Position numbers and translations under genes: made by a program
In this document: positions 10,401 to 20,648 of the stretch, in pieces
Layout: each line of letters opens with the position of its first letter
How positions within the stretch are numbered: the stretch's first letter is position 1
Assembly: GCA_963704725.1 (NCBI GenBank)
Contig: OY969934.1
Location: 1 to 64,000 of the forward strand
Direction of reading: 5' to 3'
Length of the DNA: 64,000 nucleotides
Origin: an uncultured Actinomycetes bacterium
GTDB taxonomy: Bacteria > Actinomycetota > UBA4738 > HRBIN12
The notes under the pieces: model-generated
Told to the model about the DNA's origin: nothing
What the model saw: the letters and a program-made list of their open reading frames with translations, nothing else
Database searches by the model: none

Positions 10401-10811
10401 GAGGCGGAGCTGCGGTGGTACCTCGACGCGCTCGAGCTCCTCGGCGAGGACCTGATGGGAGGGATGATCGACGAGCTCCTCAGCGAGACGGTCCGCGCGC
10501 TCGTCCGGCGCGGACGCGCCTCCGAGACCGGGCAGTACCTCGAGCAGCTCCGCGGGGTCGCCCCCGGCCGGCCGAACGCCGAGGCGTTCCTGTGGTGGGC
10601 CGAGGGAGTCCTCGACCGCGACGGGCCGAAGCTCCGGGCGGCCGCGGATCGGTTCGCCGAGCTGACCCGACCGATCGACGAGGGCCGCGTGCTCCTCGAC
10701 CTGGTGGACCTCGGCGTGGACGCCGAGACCGATCGCACCCGCGCGATGGAGCTCTTCGCCGCCTGCGGCGCCGAGGTCTACCTCCGGCAGGTCCCGCCCC
10801 CGAGCGAGTGA
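7410..10811 (+). CDS. Class III adenylate/guanylate cyclase with N-terminal double zinc ribbon, AAA ATPase and TPR (frameshifted)
   Basis: CPTCGEEN...FCLNC; LFADIVGST, KFVGDAV, GDAVNTAARLQ; GNAGVGKS Walker A; LEDLHWAD; GNPLYAEE. Frame changes near ~7490, ~8070 and ~10235. Confidence 0.85.
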
Positions 10812-10925
10812 CCTCGTCGGTTTCGGCGCTCGCCGCTCGGCGCGAGGGATCCGGCGCCGCGGCACCGCTTCTCGCGCCGGACGTCTACCTTCGATCGAGC
10901 GGAACGACCGAGAGAGGAGCGACTC

Positions 10926-11450
10926 GTGAGTGACGACTCTGAGCTCGAACGCGCTCGCGGTGCCGACGAGGCGAGACGGATGGCCCGGGAGGAGGGGGAG
11001 CGGTTGAAGGCGGAGGCCGAGCGGATCGCGGCCGAGGCGCAGAGCGGCGAGGCGGGGGGCGAAGTGCTCCGACAGGTCGGGGTGATCTACGGGGGGCTGA
11101 TCGCGATCGCGTTGGTCATGGTGCAGCCGTTCCTCAGCACCGCGACGCTCGACGCCCCCGGCAGGGTCAGCATCATCGCGTTCGCGGTGGCCATCCCGCT
11201 GCTGGCGGCGCTCGTGATGGTCAACCGCCAGGAGCTGTTCCGTGGTCGACGAACCACGTCCGTGTTGGTCGCGATCGCGCATTCGACCGGCCAACTGGCC
11301 GCGTTCGTCGGGATCACGGCCGGCTTCTGGCACATCACGTGGGTCGCGGGGGTGACGTTCCTCGGGACCGGGGTCGTCGCCGTGGGCGTTCACTCGGCCG
11401 GCTTCTGGCGCGTGGAGAGCCCGCGCAAGCCGGCGTCCTCGAGCGCCTAG
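10926..11450 (+). CDS. Hypothetical membrane protein (about 4 TM helices)
   Basis: AGGAG RBS before GTG; four hydrophobic segments after a charged N-terminus. Confidence 0.7.
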   Translation: MSDDSELERARGADEARRMAREEGERLKAEAERIAAEAQSGEAGGEVLRQVGVIYGGLIAIALVMVQPFLSTATLDAPGRVSIIAFAVAIPLLAALVMVNRQELFRGRRTTSVLVAIAHSTGQLAAFVGITAGFWHITWVAGVTFLGTGVVAVGVHSAGFWRVESPRKPASSSA

Positions 11451-11961
11451 GGTGACACTCGGACACGTTCGAGTCGAGCGGCGGCCACGGATACGGACCA
11501 CCCGTTCCTTCCAAGGGTCGCGGGAATAAGGCTCGGGCTGCGCGCGAGTGGGCAAGGATAAGGATATCAGAGTAGGTCTTAACGAAAAGCCGTGTTGAGA
11601 GAAGGGAGGTGACGGGCGATGAGCGAGGGCGGGCAGGGGGTAGAGGATTCGGCGCTAGCCTTATCGAACAGCCGGTCCTGGATGAGGGAGTTGACGGGGA
11701 AGAACCGAATCGGCTGTTCGCGTATCGCGAGTACCACGACCTCTTCCCGGAGCGGGTCTTCGCTCCTAGCCGGACGACGCGACGCAGCTCCTCGATCGAT
11801 GTGTCGGTGGTCGCTGGCACGGACGTTCTTGCCATGTCATGGCAAATGTGCTCCCCAGGCTCTGGGTGTGAAGCCCGACCACCGCACGGGTTCCGGGCCG
11901 AACGGCCTCGCTCCGGCCCGTCGTCACGGTCCAGGCTGTCACGAGGCAGAGAGGAGGAGGC

Positions 11962-12432
11962 ATGGCGAGCAACAAGGCGCGCCTGCCACCGCGGTGGTTC
12001 GTCGTGTCCTTCTGGCACGTGCACCGGTGGGTCGTTCGGATGACGAGGCGGCGCAAGGGGTTGTGGGCTCCACGACCGGGGAAGTGGGGCGCGTTGCGGC
12101 TCACCACCGTAGGTCGGCGCAGCGGAGACTCACGGAGCGTCATCGTCGGCTACTACGAGGACGGTCCCAACCTGGTCACGATGGCGATGAACGGCTGGGG
12201 TGCAGCCGAGCCGGCCTGGTGGCTGAACCTGCAAGCCCATCCGGACGCCGTCGTCGACGTGGCCGACGGAGCGCCGCGCGAGGTGCTCGGCCGGGCTGCG
12301 AGCGGCGAGGAGCGAGAGCGGCTGTGGCAGCGTTGGCGTGAGCTGGACGAGAACCTCGACGCCTATGCTGCGCGACGCCCGCGGGAGACGGCGGTCGTCG
12401 TCCTCGAGCCGCACCCACCCCGACCGGGCTGA
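11962..12432 (+). CDS. Deazaflavin (F420)-dependent nitroreductase family protein (Ddn-like)
   Basis: LTTVGRRSG, AMNGWGAAEPAWWLNLQAHP, YAARRPRETAVVVLEP; GGAGG RBS. Confidence 0.9.
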   Translation: MASNKARLPPRWFVVSFWHVHRWVVRMTRRRKGLWAPRPGKWGALRLTTVGRRSGDSRSVIVGYYEDGPNLVTMAMNGWGAAEPAWWLNLQAHPDAVVDVADGAPREVLGRAASGEERERLWQRWRELDENLDAYAARRPRETAVVVLEPHPPRPG

Positions 12433-12441
12433 ACAGGACGC

Positions 12442-13998
12442 TCAGCGGACCACGTCGTGCTGCATCGCCCAGAGGGCGGCTGCGGCTCGCGTCGACACGT
12501 CGATCTTCGCGTAGACGTGCTGGATGTGGTGGTCGGCGGTCTTGGGCGAGATGTAGAGGCGCTCGGCGATCTCCCGCGTGGTGAGCCCCCTCGCCGCGAG
12601 GCGCAGCACCTCGACCTCACGGCCGGAGAGTCCGGCGGGATGCTGGGGCCGGGACGTGCGCAAGGGCGCCTCGCCGTGACCGGTCGCCGTGAGGACGGCC
12701 TCGACCGCGTCGGCCTCGAGCACGCCGTCTGACGCGAGCCGGCGGAGATCGGCCGCGGCGGCGGCGTCGGAGGATGCGGGGCGGTCGGCCCGGTCCGTCG
12801 TGAGCCCCACGTAGACATCCACGGCGGCGAGGACGGCGGCGCCGCGATCTGTGGCGTCGCCTCGCAATCCCTTGTGGTAGCCGGACCCGTCGCCCCTCTC
12901 GTGATGCGCGGCCGCGGCCGGGTTCAGCGCGGCGAGCGCCGGCGAACGGCGCAGCATCTGCTCGGTGAGCATGGGGTGGCGCTCCACGCGGTCGAACTCG
13001 GCCCGCGTCAGGGGGCCGGCCTTGTCCCAGATCGAGTTCGGGATCGCGCCGATGCCGAGCTCATGCACGAGCGCAGCCCGCCGAAGCGTCGCGATCTCGT
13101 CGTCGGCGGCGCCGAGCACGGCGGCGGCGGTGGCCGCGAGCTGCGCGCACCGCCGGCTGTGGCCGGCCCGATACGGCGACTTCAGGTCGATGAAGTCCGC
13201 GGCCACCGTGAGCGCGCCGTCGAGCTCGGCGCCCTCCAGGGTGCGATGCGGCTCGGGCTCCAGGTCGAGCACGGCGTCCCACGGCTCCACCTTCCCGAGC
13301 CGCTCGAACCAGGTGCTCCCATGCGCGGCGAACAGGTCGGCGAGCTCCGGGTCGTAGGTCCGGTCTCGACGGTCGCGCGCCGCGTCGATCGCCTCCGCCG
13401 GCGAGCGGCGGCGGCCGAGCGCCTCCATGTCGTGCGTGAGGTGCACGACGCGCATCGCGAGCGGGATCTCCTCGCCCTTCGCGCCCGAGGGGAAGCCGGC
13501 CCCGTTCCACCGCTCGTAGGTGAACCGGAACGCCTCCCGGACGTCGGGACCGAACCCGAGCCGCTCGATCAGCATGTCGCCCACCTCGCACCCGGTCGCG
13601 AAGTTGTTGACCGCCCAGTCGTGCCCGTGCTCCTGGATCGTCCGAACGATCTGCTCATGCTCCTCGGGGGGATGGCCCGCGGTCGCGTACGTCACCATGG
13701 TGCGCCCGACGTCGGCCGGATCCCCTGCGTCGAACACGAGCGTCTCGGCGAGGATCGCGACGTCGTCCCCGAAGACGGCCGAGATCTCGTGCGCGTGGCT
13801 CGTGCACCCGACGTAGCGGAGCAGGGTGAGCCAGTACACGGTCTCCCGGAGCTCCGCATCGAACCCCGCCTCTCCGCAGAGCGCGTCCGCGAGCAGGCAC
13901 GAGCGCAGCTGCGACTCGAGCGGCTGGCCGAACGCGTTGTCCTGCGCCAGCGCGAAGGTCGCGATCAGCTCACCCAGGCGCAGGGGCGGAGCCGGAAT
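12442..13998 (-). CDS. HD-GYP-type phosphohydrolase (double HD) with C-terminal LuxR HTH
   Basis: ERWNGAGFP, DLKSPYRAGHS, HHERGDGSGYH, LSGREVEVLRL...ISPKTADHHIQHVYAKI. Conserved N-terminus (LRLGELIATFALAQDNAFGQP) extends to an ATT codon at 13998. Confidence 0.85.
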   Translation of the reverse strand: MPAPPLRLGELIATFALAQDNAFGQPLESQLRSCLLADALCGEAGFDAELRETVYWLTLLRYVGCTSHAHEISAVFGDDVAILAETLVFDAGDPADVGRTMVTYATAGHPPEEHEQIVRTIQEHGHDWAVNNFATGCEVGDMLIERLGFGPDVREAFRFTYERWNGAGFPSGAKGEEIPLAMRVVHLTHDMEALGRRRSPAEAIDAARDRRDRTYDPELADLFAAHGSTWFERLGKVEPWDAVLDLEPEPHRTLEGAELDGALTVAADFIDLKSPYRAGHSRRCAQLAATAAAVLGAADDEIATLRRAALVHELGIGAIPNSIWDKAGPLTRAEFDRVERHPMLTEQMLRRSPALAALNPAAAAHHERGDGSGYHKGLRGDATDRGAAVLAAVDVYVGLTTDRADRPASSDAAAAADLRRLASDGVLEADAVEAVLTATGHGEAPLRTSRPQHPAGLSGREVEVLRLAARGLTTREIAERLYISPKTADHHIQHVYAKIDVSTRAAAALWAMQHDVVR

Positions 13999-14014
13999 AG
14001 GGAGACCTCCCGAT
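13997..14014. promoter_or_regulatory. 18-bp palindromic operator (LuxR-HTH type)
   Basis: ATAGGGAG-AC-CTCCCGAT; 14/18 identical to the box at 31349-31366. Confidence 0.6.
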
Positions 14015-14139
14015 GCGAGACGGTCCGGGGAACGTACACGCTGGCCCCGCCACTCGGCAGGAGGGAGGACGGCGGAGGAACCTCAGCGAACCGAACGGCC
14101 CCGACCACACCGGATGCAGGAACCGGAAAGGAGACACGG

Positions 14140-14412
14140 ATGATCCTCGCGACGACCAAGGTGAAGGACGTGGACCACTGGCTGGAGGTGTTCGGGACCA
14201 CGAGCGCCGAGAAGCGCGCGGAGCACGGCTCGACGGGCTCGACGGTCTTCCGCGACCCGAGCGAGGAGAACCGGGTCTGGGTCCTGTTCGACTGGGACGA
14301 GGAGGGCTGGAAGAACTTCGTGTCCGACCCCGCGGTCCCGCCGATCCTCCAGGAGGCCGGGCACCTCGAGAAGCCGGTGGCCGCGATGCTCCTCGGGACG
14401 TACGGCTCCTGA
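14140..14412 (+). CDS. Small hypothetical protein, dimeric alpha+beta barrel (ABM-like)
   Basis: AAAGGAG RBS; 90 aa MILATTKVKDVDHWLEVF...VFRDPSEENRVWVLFDWD. Confidence 0.75.
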   Translation: MILATTKVKDVDHWLEVFGTTSAEKRAEHGSTGSTVFRDPSEENRVWVLFDWDEEGWKNFVSDPAVPPILQEAGHLEKPVAAMLLGTYGS

Positions 14413-14454
14413 CCCGCCGGCCGACCGCTCCCGCGCGAGCGGTCCCGCGCGACG

Positions 14455-14486
14455 TGATCCGCCCGGTCGCGAGGCCGGGCGGATCA
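14455..14486. terminator. Hairpin between convergent genes
   Basis: TGATCCGCCCGG-8nt-CCGGGCGGATCA (12-bp stem), preceded by a second hairpin GACCGCTC-6nt-GAGCGGTC at 14423-14444. Confidence 0.6.
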
Positions 14487-17400
14487 TCACACCGGCCCGC
14501 CTGACGCCCCGACCTGAAGACGCTCGAGCAGCTCCCGCGCTCGCTCGCGCGGCGGCACCGCACCGGTCACCCGCGCTCGGCCGAGGAGCGCCATGGCCTC
14601 CTCGAAGGGATCGCCGTAGGCGCGGAGTCGCTCCGCGACGCGGGCGTACGCGTCGGCGGCCCCGGGCTCGCCGCGGGCCTCGGCCAGCATCGCTCCCGCG
14701 GTGTCGAGGCGGAGCCGGTCGCGCAGCGTGCGCGGGGCTCGATCGATGCGACCAGGCGCTCGGCGGTGTCCGGCCGGCCGGAGGCGACGCACAGCCGCAC
14801 CGCGCGCACGAGATCGATCGCTCGGTACTCGGGGGCGACGTCCTCGGTGACCGACGCGAACGCCTCGAGCCACGCCACCGCCCGCGCGGCCTCCCCGTCC
14901 GCGAGCGCGATCGCCGCGGCGGTGACGAGGGCCGCGGCGTGCGAGGCCACCTCCTGGGTCCGTTCCGCGTCTCGGACGAGCTCCTTGGGATCGGCGACCT
15001 CCGAGCGCCGGCCCCGTGCGAGCAGCACGTGTGCGCGCGCGGCCCGCGCGTTGACGGAGACGGCCGGGTCCAGACGTCCGGGTGGGAGCGCGAGAAGATC
15101 GTCGCTCCACGCGAGGACGCGATCCCAGTCGCCGCCCTCCAGCAACGCCCAGAGCGCCGCCCCCTTCGTGTACGTGCCCTGGGATCGCACGTTCCTTCGC
15201 TCGGCGAGCTCGAGCGCCATCTCCCACTCGGCGAGACCGGCGGCCGGCCCCTCGGTCGCCCACCGCCACTCGGCGAGGTAGTTGCGCGATGCGACGATGT
15301 CGCCGACGCTGCCGGCCTCCTCCGCCCGACGGAGCGCTTCGCGAAGGTCCGCGAGCCCGGCGTCGAGGTCGCCCATCGAGCAGCGGGCATCGCCCCGGAT
15401 GTGCAGGGCGATCACCGCGACCTCGTCGCGACCGTCCTCGAGCAGCGCGAGCGCGCGATCGGCGAATGCCATCGCGTCCGGCGTGTCGCCGGCGAACAGC
15501 TCCTCCTCGGCGCGGTAGGCGTAGGCCCTTGCGAGCGCCCGGCCCGGCGGCAAAGACTCGAGCGTCTCGACGGCCTCGGCGAACGCCGCCCTCGACCGCT
15601 CGACCTCCCCGACGACGGCGAGCTGGGTGCCGATCCGCGTGAGCGCATCGCCCACCGCGAACGCGTCGCCTCGGGCCCGCGCGATCTCGAGCGCCTCCTC
15701 GTGGCGAGCGAGCACCTCGCGCGCGTCCAGCAGGCCGCTCCGGCGTCCGGCGAGCCCGGCGCGCAGCAGCGCGTCGGCGCGTTCGAGCGTCCCCGCCGGT
15801 GCGAGGGCGAGCGCGCGCTCGAACGCCGCGAACGCGGCCGCCACATCCACCCGTGCCGCGCGGTCGCCCGCGCCGACGAGCCAACGGATCGCCGGGCCCG
15901 ACGCGTCCTCGACGACCTCGCGCTCCCCCGAGGCCGCACCGAGCTCCGCCGCCGACGCGTAGTGGCGCGCGAGCGACTCCGCCCACTCGTCCGAGCGGTC
16001 GCCGACCTCCGCCTCGAGCCAGCGCGCCGCGGCCAGGTGCCGGCGGGCCCGGGCGGCGCGGGGGAGCCGCCCGTACGCGACCTCGCGGATCAGCCCGTGA
16101 GCGAACCCATAGGCCTCCCGGCCCGGGACCGATGAGGGCCGAGTCACCATCAGCCCTCGACGCGCGAGGTCCTCGAGCCCGTCGCGCACGTCGCCAGGCT
16201 CACGGCCGTCGGCGGTCGCGAGCGCATCGGGCCACACCTCGTCGCCGAGCACGGCGGCCTCGAGCGCGAGCGCGCGAACCTCCGCCGGGATCGCGTCGAG
16301 CCGGGCGGCGATCAGCGCCTGCACGGACGGCGGCGCGGCATCGGCGGCTCCGCCCTCCGCGAGCATCCGCGCGAACTCGATCGCGTACAGCGGGTTCCCG
16401 GCCGACCGCTCGAGCGCGGTCGCGCGCACCGCCTCGGGCACGTCGCTCTCGAGCAGCACGGCGCCGACCAGCGCGCGCGTGTCGTGCTCGTCCAGGGCGC
16501 CGACGACGAGCGACGAGGATCGCTCGAGCGCGTCCAGGGCAGGAGCGTCCTTCGGTCGCGTCGTGACGAGGATCAGCACGGGTCTCGTCCGCAGGAGCTC
16601 GGCCGCCGCCACCAGCACGTCGACGAACGCCGGCGTCGCGTCGTGCAGGTCCTCGATCACGAGCAGCACCGGGCGCTCGTCCGCCGTCGCGCCGAGGACT
16701 CGGGCCCACGCCTGGGCGATCTCGCCGGCGCCGAGCGACGGCCCCTCCCGGGTCGCCTCGATCCTGAGGACCGCACACAAGGTCCGGACCAGCCAGCGGC
16801 GCTCGTCCGGGTCGGCCTCGATGCGCGCCGCGTGCGCCTCCAGGAGCCCGGTGGAGATCGCCGCGTCGGCCGAGGGGTCGATGCCGATCAGCTCCCGCAC
16901 GGTCTGCTCGACGGGCGCGAACGTGACGCCCTCGCCGTAGGGGAGGCAGGACCCGGTGAGCCGCCGCGCCCGGTCACCGAGCTCGCGCCCGAGCTCCGCG
17001 ACGAGCCGGGACTTCCCCACACCGGCATCGGCAACGATCGTCACGACGTGGCTCGTCCCCGAGCGGCTCACCTCGTCGAACCGGTCGCCCAGCGCCGCGA
17101 GCTCGGAACGACGACCGACGAACGGCGTGCGATCGATCTCGACCCGGGCGCGCTCGGCGAGGACGCGCCAGACGCGCAACGGCTCGCTCTTGCCCTTCAC
17201 CGTCGCGATCGGCAGCGCCTCGACCTCGAAGCGGTCCAGGACGGCGCGCAGCGTCGACTCGCCGATCACGACCGAGTCGAGCGGCGCGAGCGACTGCATC
17301 CGTGACGTGGTGTTCACGACATCCCCGGCCACCGCCTCCCCGACCTGCGGGCCGACGCCGAACGAGACGACGGCCTCGCCCGTCTCCACGGCGATCCGGA

Positions 17401-17788
17401 CGGCGATGTCCGGGTCCTCCCGCCGAAGGTCGGCGATCGAGTCGAGGACCTTCAGGGCGGCGCGTACCGCCCGCACCGGGTCGTCCTCGTGCGCGACGGG
17501 CGCGCCGAACACCCCCATCACGGCGTCGCCGATGAACTTGTCGAGCGTGCCGCCGAATGCCTCCAGGTCGTCCTTCACCCGCCGGTGGAACGGCACGAGC
17601 GTCCGTCGGACGTCCTCCGGATCGGCGCGATCGGAGCGCTCCGTGAAGCCGACCAGGTCCGCGAAGAGGACCGTCACGGTGCGGCGCTCCTCGGACAGCT
17701 CACGCGGCGCGTCCACGCGGGTTCCGCAATACGCGCAGAAGGGTGCGCCGGCGACGAGCTCGGCACCGCACGAGGGACAGCCGGCCAT
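14487..17788 (-). CDS. Class III adenylate/guanylate cyclase with zinc ribbon, AAA ATPase and TPR (frameshift near C-terminus)
   Basis: CPSCG...FCAYCG; LFADLVGFT, KFIGDAV, GDVVNTTSRMQ; ADAGVGKS; IEDLH; GNPLYAIE. Frame change near ~14738. Confidence 0.85.
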
Positions 17789-17856
17789 CGGCCGAAGTGT
17801 AGGCACCGGGAGGCACCATCGTTCGCTCCCGCCACTCCCAGTATGCGGCACACCGG

Positions 17857-17875
17857 GGGGCTTGCGGCAACCCCG
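17857..17875. promoter_or_regulatory. Rifamycin-associated element (RAE)
   Basis: GGGGCTTGCGGCAACCCCG inverted repeat with the CTTGCGGCAA core, ~60 bp upstream of rph. Confidence 0.85.
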
Positions 17876-17937
17876 GGGTCGTGCCGCATACTCGCCGGCC
17901 GAAGCGCCGGAACCTACGGCATGGGAGCGGGGAGCGG

Positions 17938-20529
17938 ATGGGCCGCTACGTGTTGGACCTCGCGGAGATCGACCGGACGCAGGTCGCGCTCGTCGGCGGC
18001 AAGGGTGCGCACCTGGGGGAACTCTCGCGGATGGAGGGCGTCCGGGTGCCTCCCGGCTTCTGCGTGACGACGGACGCCTTCCGGCGGATCTTGGCGGAAG
18101 CGCCTTCGATCGACGATCGGCTCGACCGGTTGTCGCGCCTGAGGCCGGACGACCGGGTGGCGATCCGCGCGCTCGGCGCGGAGATCCGCCGGACCCTCGA
18201 AGGGATCGCCATCCCCGAGGATCTGGCGGCGGCGATCACCCGCCCGCTCGCACGGCTCGGCGAGCACGCCGCCTACGCCGTCCGATCCAGCGCGACGGCG
18301 GAGGACCTGCCGACGGCCTCCTTCGCGGGCCAGCAGGACACGTACCTGAACGTCATGGGGCCGGCGGCGATCCTCCGGCACGTCGGCCGGTGCTGGGCCT
18401 CGCTCTTCACCGAGCGGGCCGTGACCTACCGCCTGCGGAACGGCTTCGACCACCGGAAGGTCCACATGGCGGTGGTCGTGCAGCAGATGGTCCTTCCCCA
18501 GGCGGCCGGCATCCTGTTCACGGCCGACCCCGTCACGGGCAACCGGAAGGTCGCCTCCGTAGAGGCCGGCTTCGGCCTCGGCGAGGGCTTCGTCTCCGGC
18601 CTGGTGAACGCGGACGTCTACACGGTGCGGGACGGCCGGGTCGTCGCCACGTCGATCGCCACCAAGCAACGTGCCATCCACGCCTCGCCGGCCGGCGGGA
18701 CTCGGGAAGTGACGATCGAGCCGGAGCGGCAGGAGCAGCCGGCGCTGGCGGATGCGCAGGTCGTGCGGCTCGCGGACCTGGGCCGGCGGATCGAAGCGCA
18801 CTTCGGCCGCCCCCAGGACATCGAATGGTGCCTGGCCGACGACGCCTTCCACATCGTCCAGAGCCGGCCGATCACCACGCTGTTCCCCATCCCCGAGGCC
18901 GGCGACCGAGAGAACCACGTCTACATCTCCGTCGGTCATCAACAGATGATGACCGACCCCATGAAGCCGCTGGGGCTCTCCTTCTGGCAGATGACGACCC
19001 CCCGACCCATGGCCGAGGCCGGCGGGAGGCTGTTCGTCGACGTCACCCGGATCCTGGCCTCGCCGGCGAGCCGCGCCGGCTTCCTGGAGCTCGCGGGGAG
19101 ATCCGATCCACTGATCGGGGACGCGCTGCAGACGGTCCTCGACCGGGGCGACTTCATCCCGTCGCTCACGGACGAGGGTCCCGGCGAGCCGCCGGCCGCC
19201 GCGGCGGCCCCGATCGAGACCGATCCGGCCATCGTCACCGAGCTGATCGAGCACAGCCAGGAGTCCATCGCCGCCGTGAAGCGCGACATCCGGACGAGAT
19301 CCGGATCGGCGCTGCTCGACTTCATCCTGGCCGACATCCAGGAGCTGAGGCGGATCCTGTTCGACCCGACGAGCCATCAGGTGTTCATGACGGCGATGGA
19401 GGCCACCTGGTGGCTCAACGAGCGGCTGGAGGCGTGGCTGGGCGAGAAGAACGCGGCCGATGTACTCACGCGGTCCGTCCCCCACAACGTCACGTCGGAG
19501 ATGGGGCTGGCGCTTCTGGACGTCGCGGACGTCATCCGTCCGCATCCGGACGTGGTGGCCTTCCTGCAACGTGTCGACGACGAAGGCTTCCTGGACGAGC
19601 TGCCCGAGCTCGCGGGCGGGGCGGAGGCGGGAGACGCCATCCGTGCCTGGCTCGACACGTACGGCATGCGCTGCGTCGGCGAGATCGACATCACGAGGCC
19701 GCGTTGGAGCGAACGCCCCGTCACGCTCGTCCCCTTGATCCTCAGCCACGTCAAGGACTTCGAGCCGGGCGCCGGCGAGCGGCGCTTCGAGCAGGGGCGG
19801 CGGGAGGCCCAGGGGAAGGAACAGCGGTTGCTGGAGCGCTTGCGGGCCTTGCCGGACGGGGAGCGGAAGGCCGACGAGGCCAAGCGGAGGATCGACCAGG
19901 TCCGGACCTTCATCGGGTACCGGGAGTATCCGAAGTACGGCATGGTCAGCCGGTACTTCGTCTACAAGCAGGCCTTGTTGGAAGAGGCCGAGCGCCTCGT
20001 GCAGGCCCACGTGATCCGCGAGCCGGAGGACATCTTCTACCTCACGTTCCAGGAGCTCCACGACGTCGTGCGCACGAACCGTGTGGATGACCGGCTCATC
20101 CGCGAGCGCAAGGACGCGTTCAGGTCGTATCTCGCGCTCACGCCGCCCCGGGTGCTCACGTCGGACGGCGAGATGATCGCCGGGGCGTACCGACGCGACG
20201 ACCTTCCGGCCGGCGCGCTGGTCGGCTTGCCGGTTTCCGCCGGGACGATCGAGGGGCGGGCCCGGGTCATCCTGGACATGGCGGAGGCCGATCTCGAAGC
20301 GGGCGACATCCTGGTCACCGCCTCCACGGATCCCAGCTGGACGCCCCTGTTCGTCGCGATCGAGGGCCTGGTGACGGAGGTGGGAGGCCTGATGACCCAC
20401 GGCGCGGTGATCGCACGGGAGTACGGCCTGCCGGCGGTCGTGGGGGTGGAGCATGCCACCCGGCTGATCCGGGATGGGCAGCGGATCCGCGTGCACGGGA
20501 CGGACGGGTACGTCGAGATCCTGCCCTGA
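17938..20529 (+). CDS. rph: Rifampin phosphotransferase (rifamycin-inactivating, PEP-synthase-like)
   Basis: VGGKGAHLGELS, AVRSSATAEDLPTASFAGQQDT ATP-grasp; VYISVGHQQMMTD and REYPK rifamycin-binding domain; C-terminal His-swivel GGLMTHGAVIAREYG; RAE upstream. Confidence 0.93.
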   Translation: MGRYVLDLAEIDRTQVALVGGKGAHLGELSRMEGVRVPPGFCVTTDAFRRILAEAPSIDDRLDRLSRLRPDDRVAIRALGAEIRRTLEGIAIPEDLAAAITRPLARLGEHAAYAVRSSATAEDLPTASFAGQQDTYLNVMGPAAILRHVGRCWASLFTERAVTYRLRNGFDHRKVHMAVVVQQMVLPQAAGILFTADPVTGNRKVASVEAGFGLGEGFVSGLVNADVYTVRDGRVVATSIATKQRAIHASPAGGTREVTIEPERQEQPALADAQVVRLADLGRRIEAHFGRPQDIEWCLADDAFHIVQSRPITTLFPIPEAGDRENHVYISVGHQQMMTDPMKPLGLSFWQMTTPRPMAEAGGRLFVDVTRILASPASRAGFLELAGRSDPLIGDALQTVLDRGDFIPSLTDEGPGEPPAAAAAPIETDPAIVTELIEHSQESIAAVKRDIRTRSGSALLDFILADIQELRRILFDPTSHQVFMTAMEATWWLNERLEAWLGEKNAADVLTRSVPHNVTSEMGLALLDVADVIRPHPDVVAFLQRVDDEGFLDELPELAGGAEAGDAIRAWLDTYGMRCVGEIDITRPRWSERPVTLVPLILSHVKDFEPGAGERRFEQGRREAQGKEQRLLERLRALPDGERKADEAKRRIDQVRTFIGYREYPKYGMVSRYFVYKQALLEEAERLVQAHVIREPEDIFYLTFQELHDVVRTNRVDDRLIRERKDAFRSYLALTPPRVLTSDGEMIAGAYRRDDLPAGALVGLPVSAGTIEGRARVILDMAEADLEAGDILVTASTDPSWTPLFVAIEGLVTEVGGLMTHGAVIAREYGLPAVVGVEHATRLIRDGQRIRVHGTDGYVEILP

Positions 20530-20648
20530 CGCGCCGCCCGAGGGTGGCCGGGCGGCACCTGCCCGCGCACGGCAGGGGGGTGCTGGCACCGGCGGGGTGG
20601 GGTGGTGTCCCGCGTGTGCCCGGGCGCGAACGGGAGCAGGATGGCCCG

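Noticed and set aside
17938-20529. Annotation as phosphoenolpyruvate synthase (ppsA)
   Set aside because: The His domain is C-terminal, there is no PEP-binding barrel, and Rph-specific motifs plus an RAE are present.
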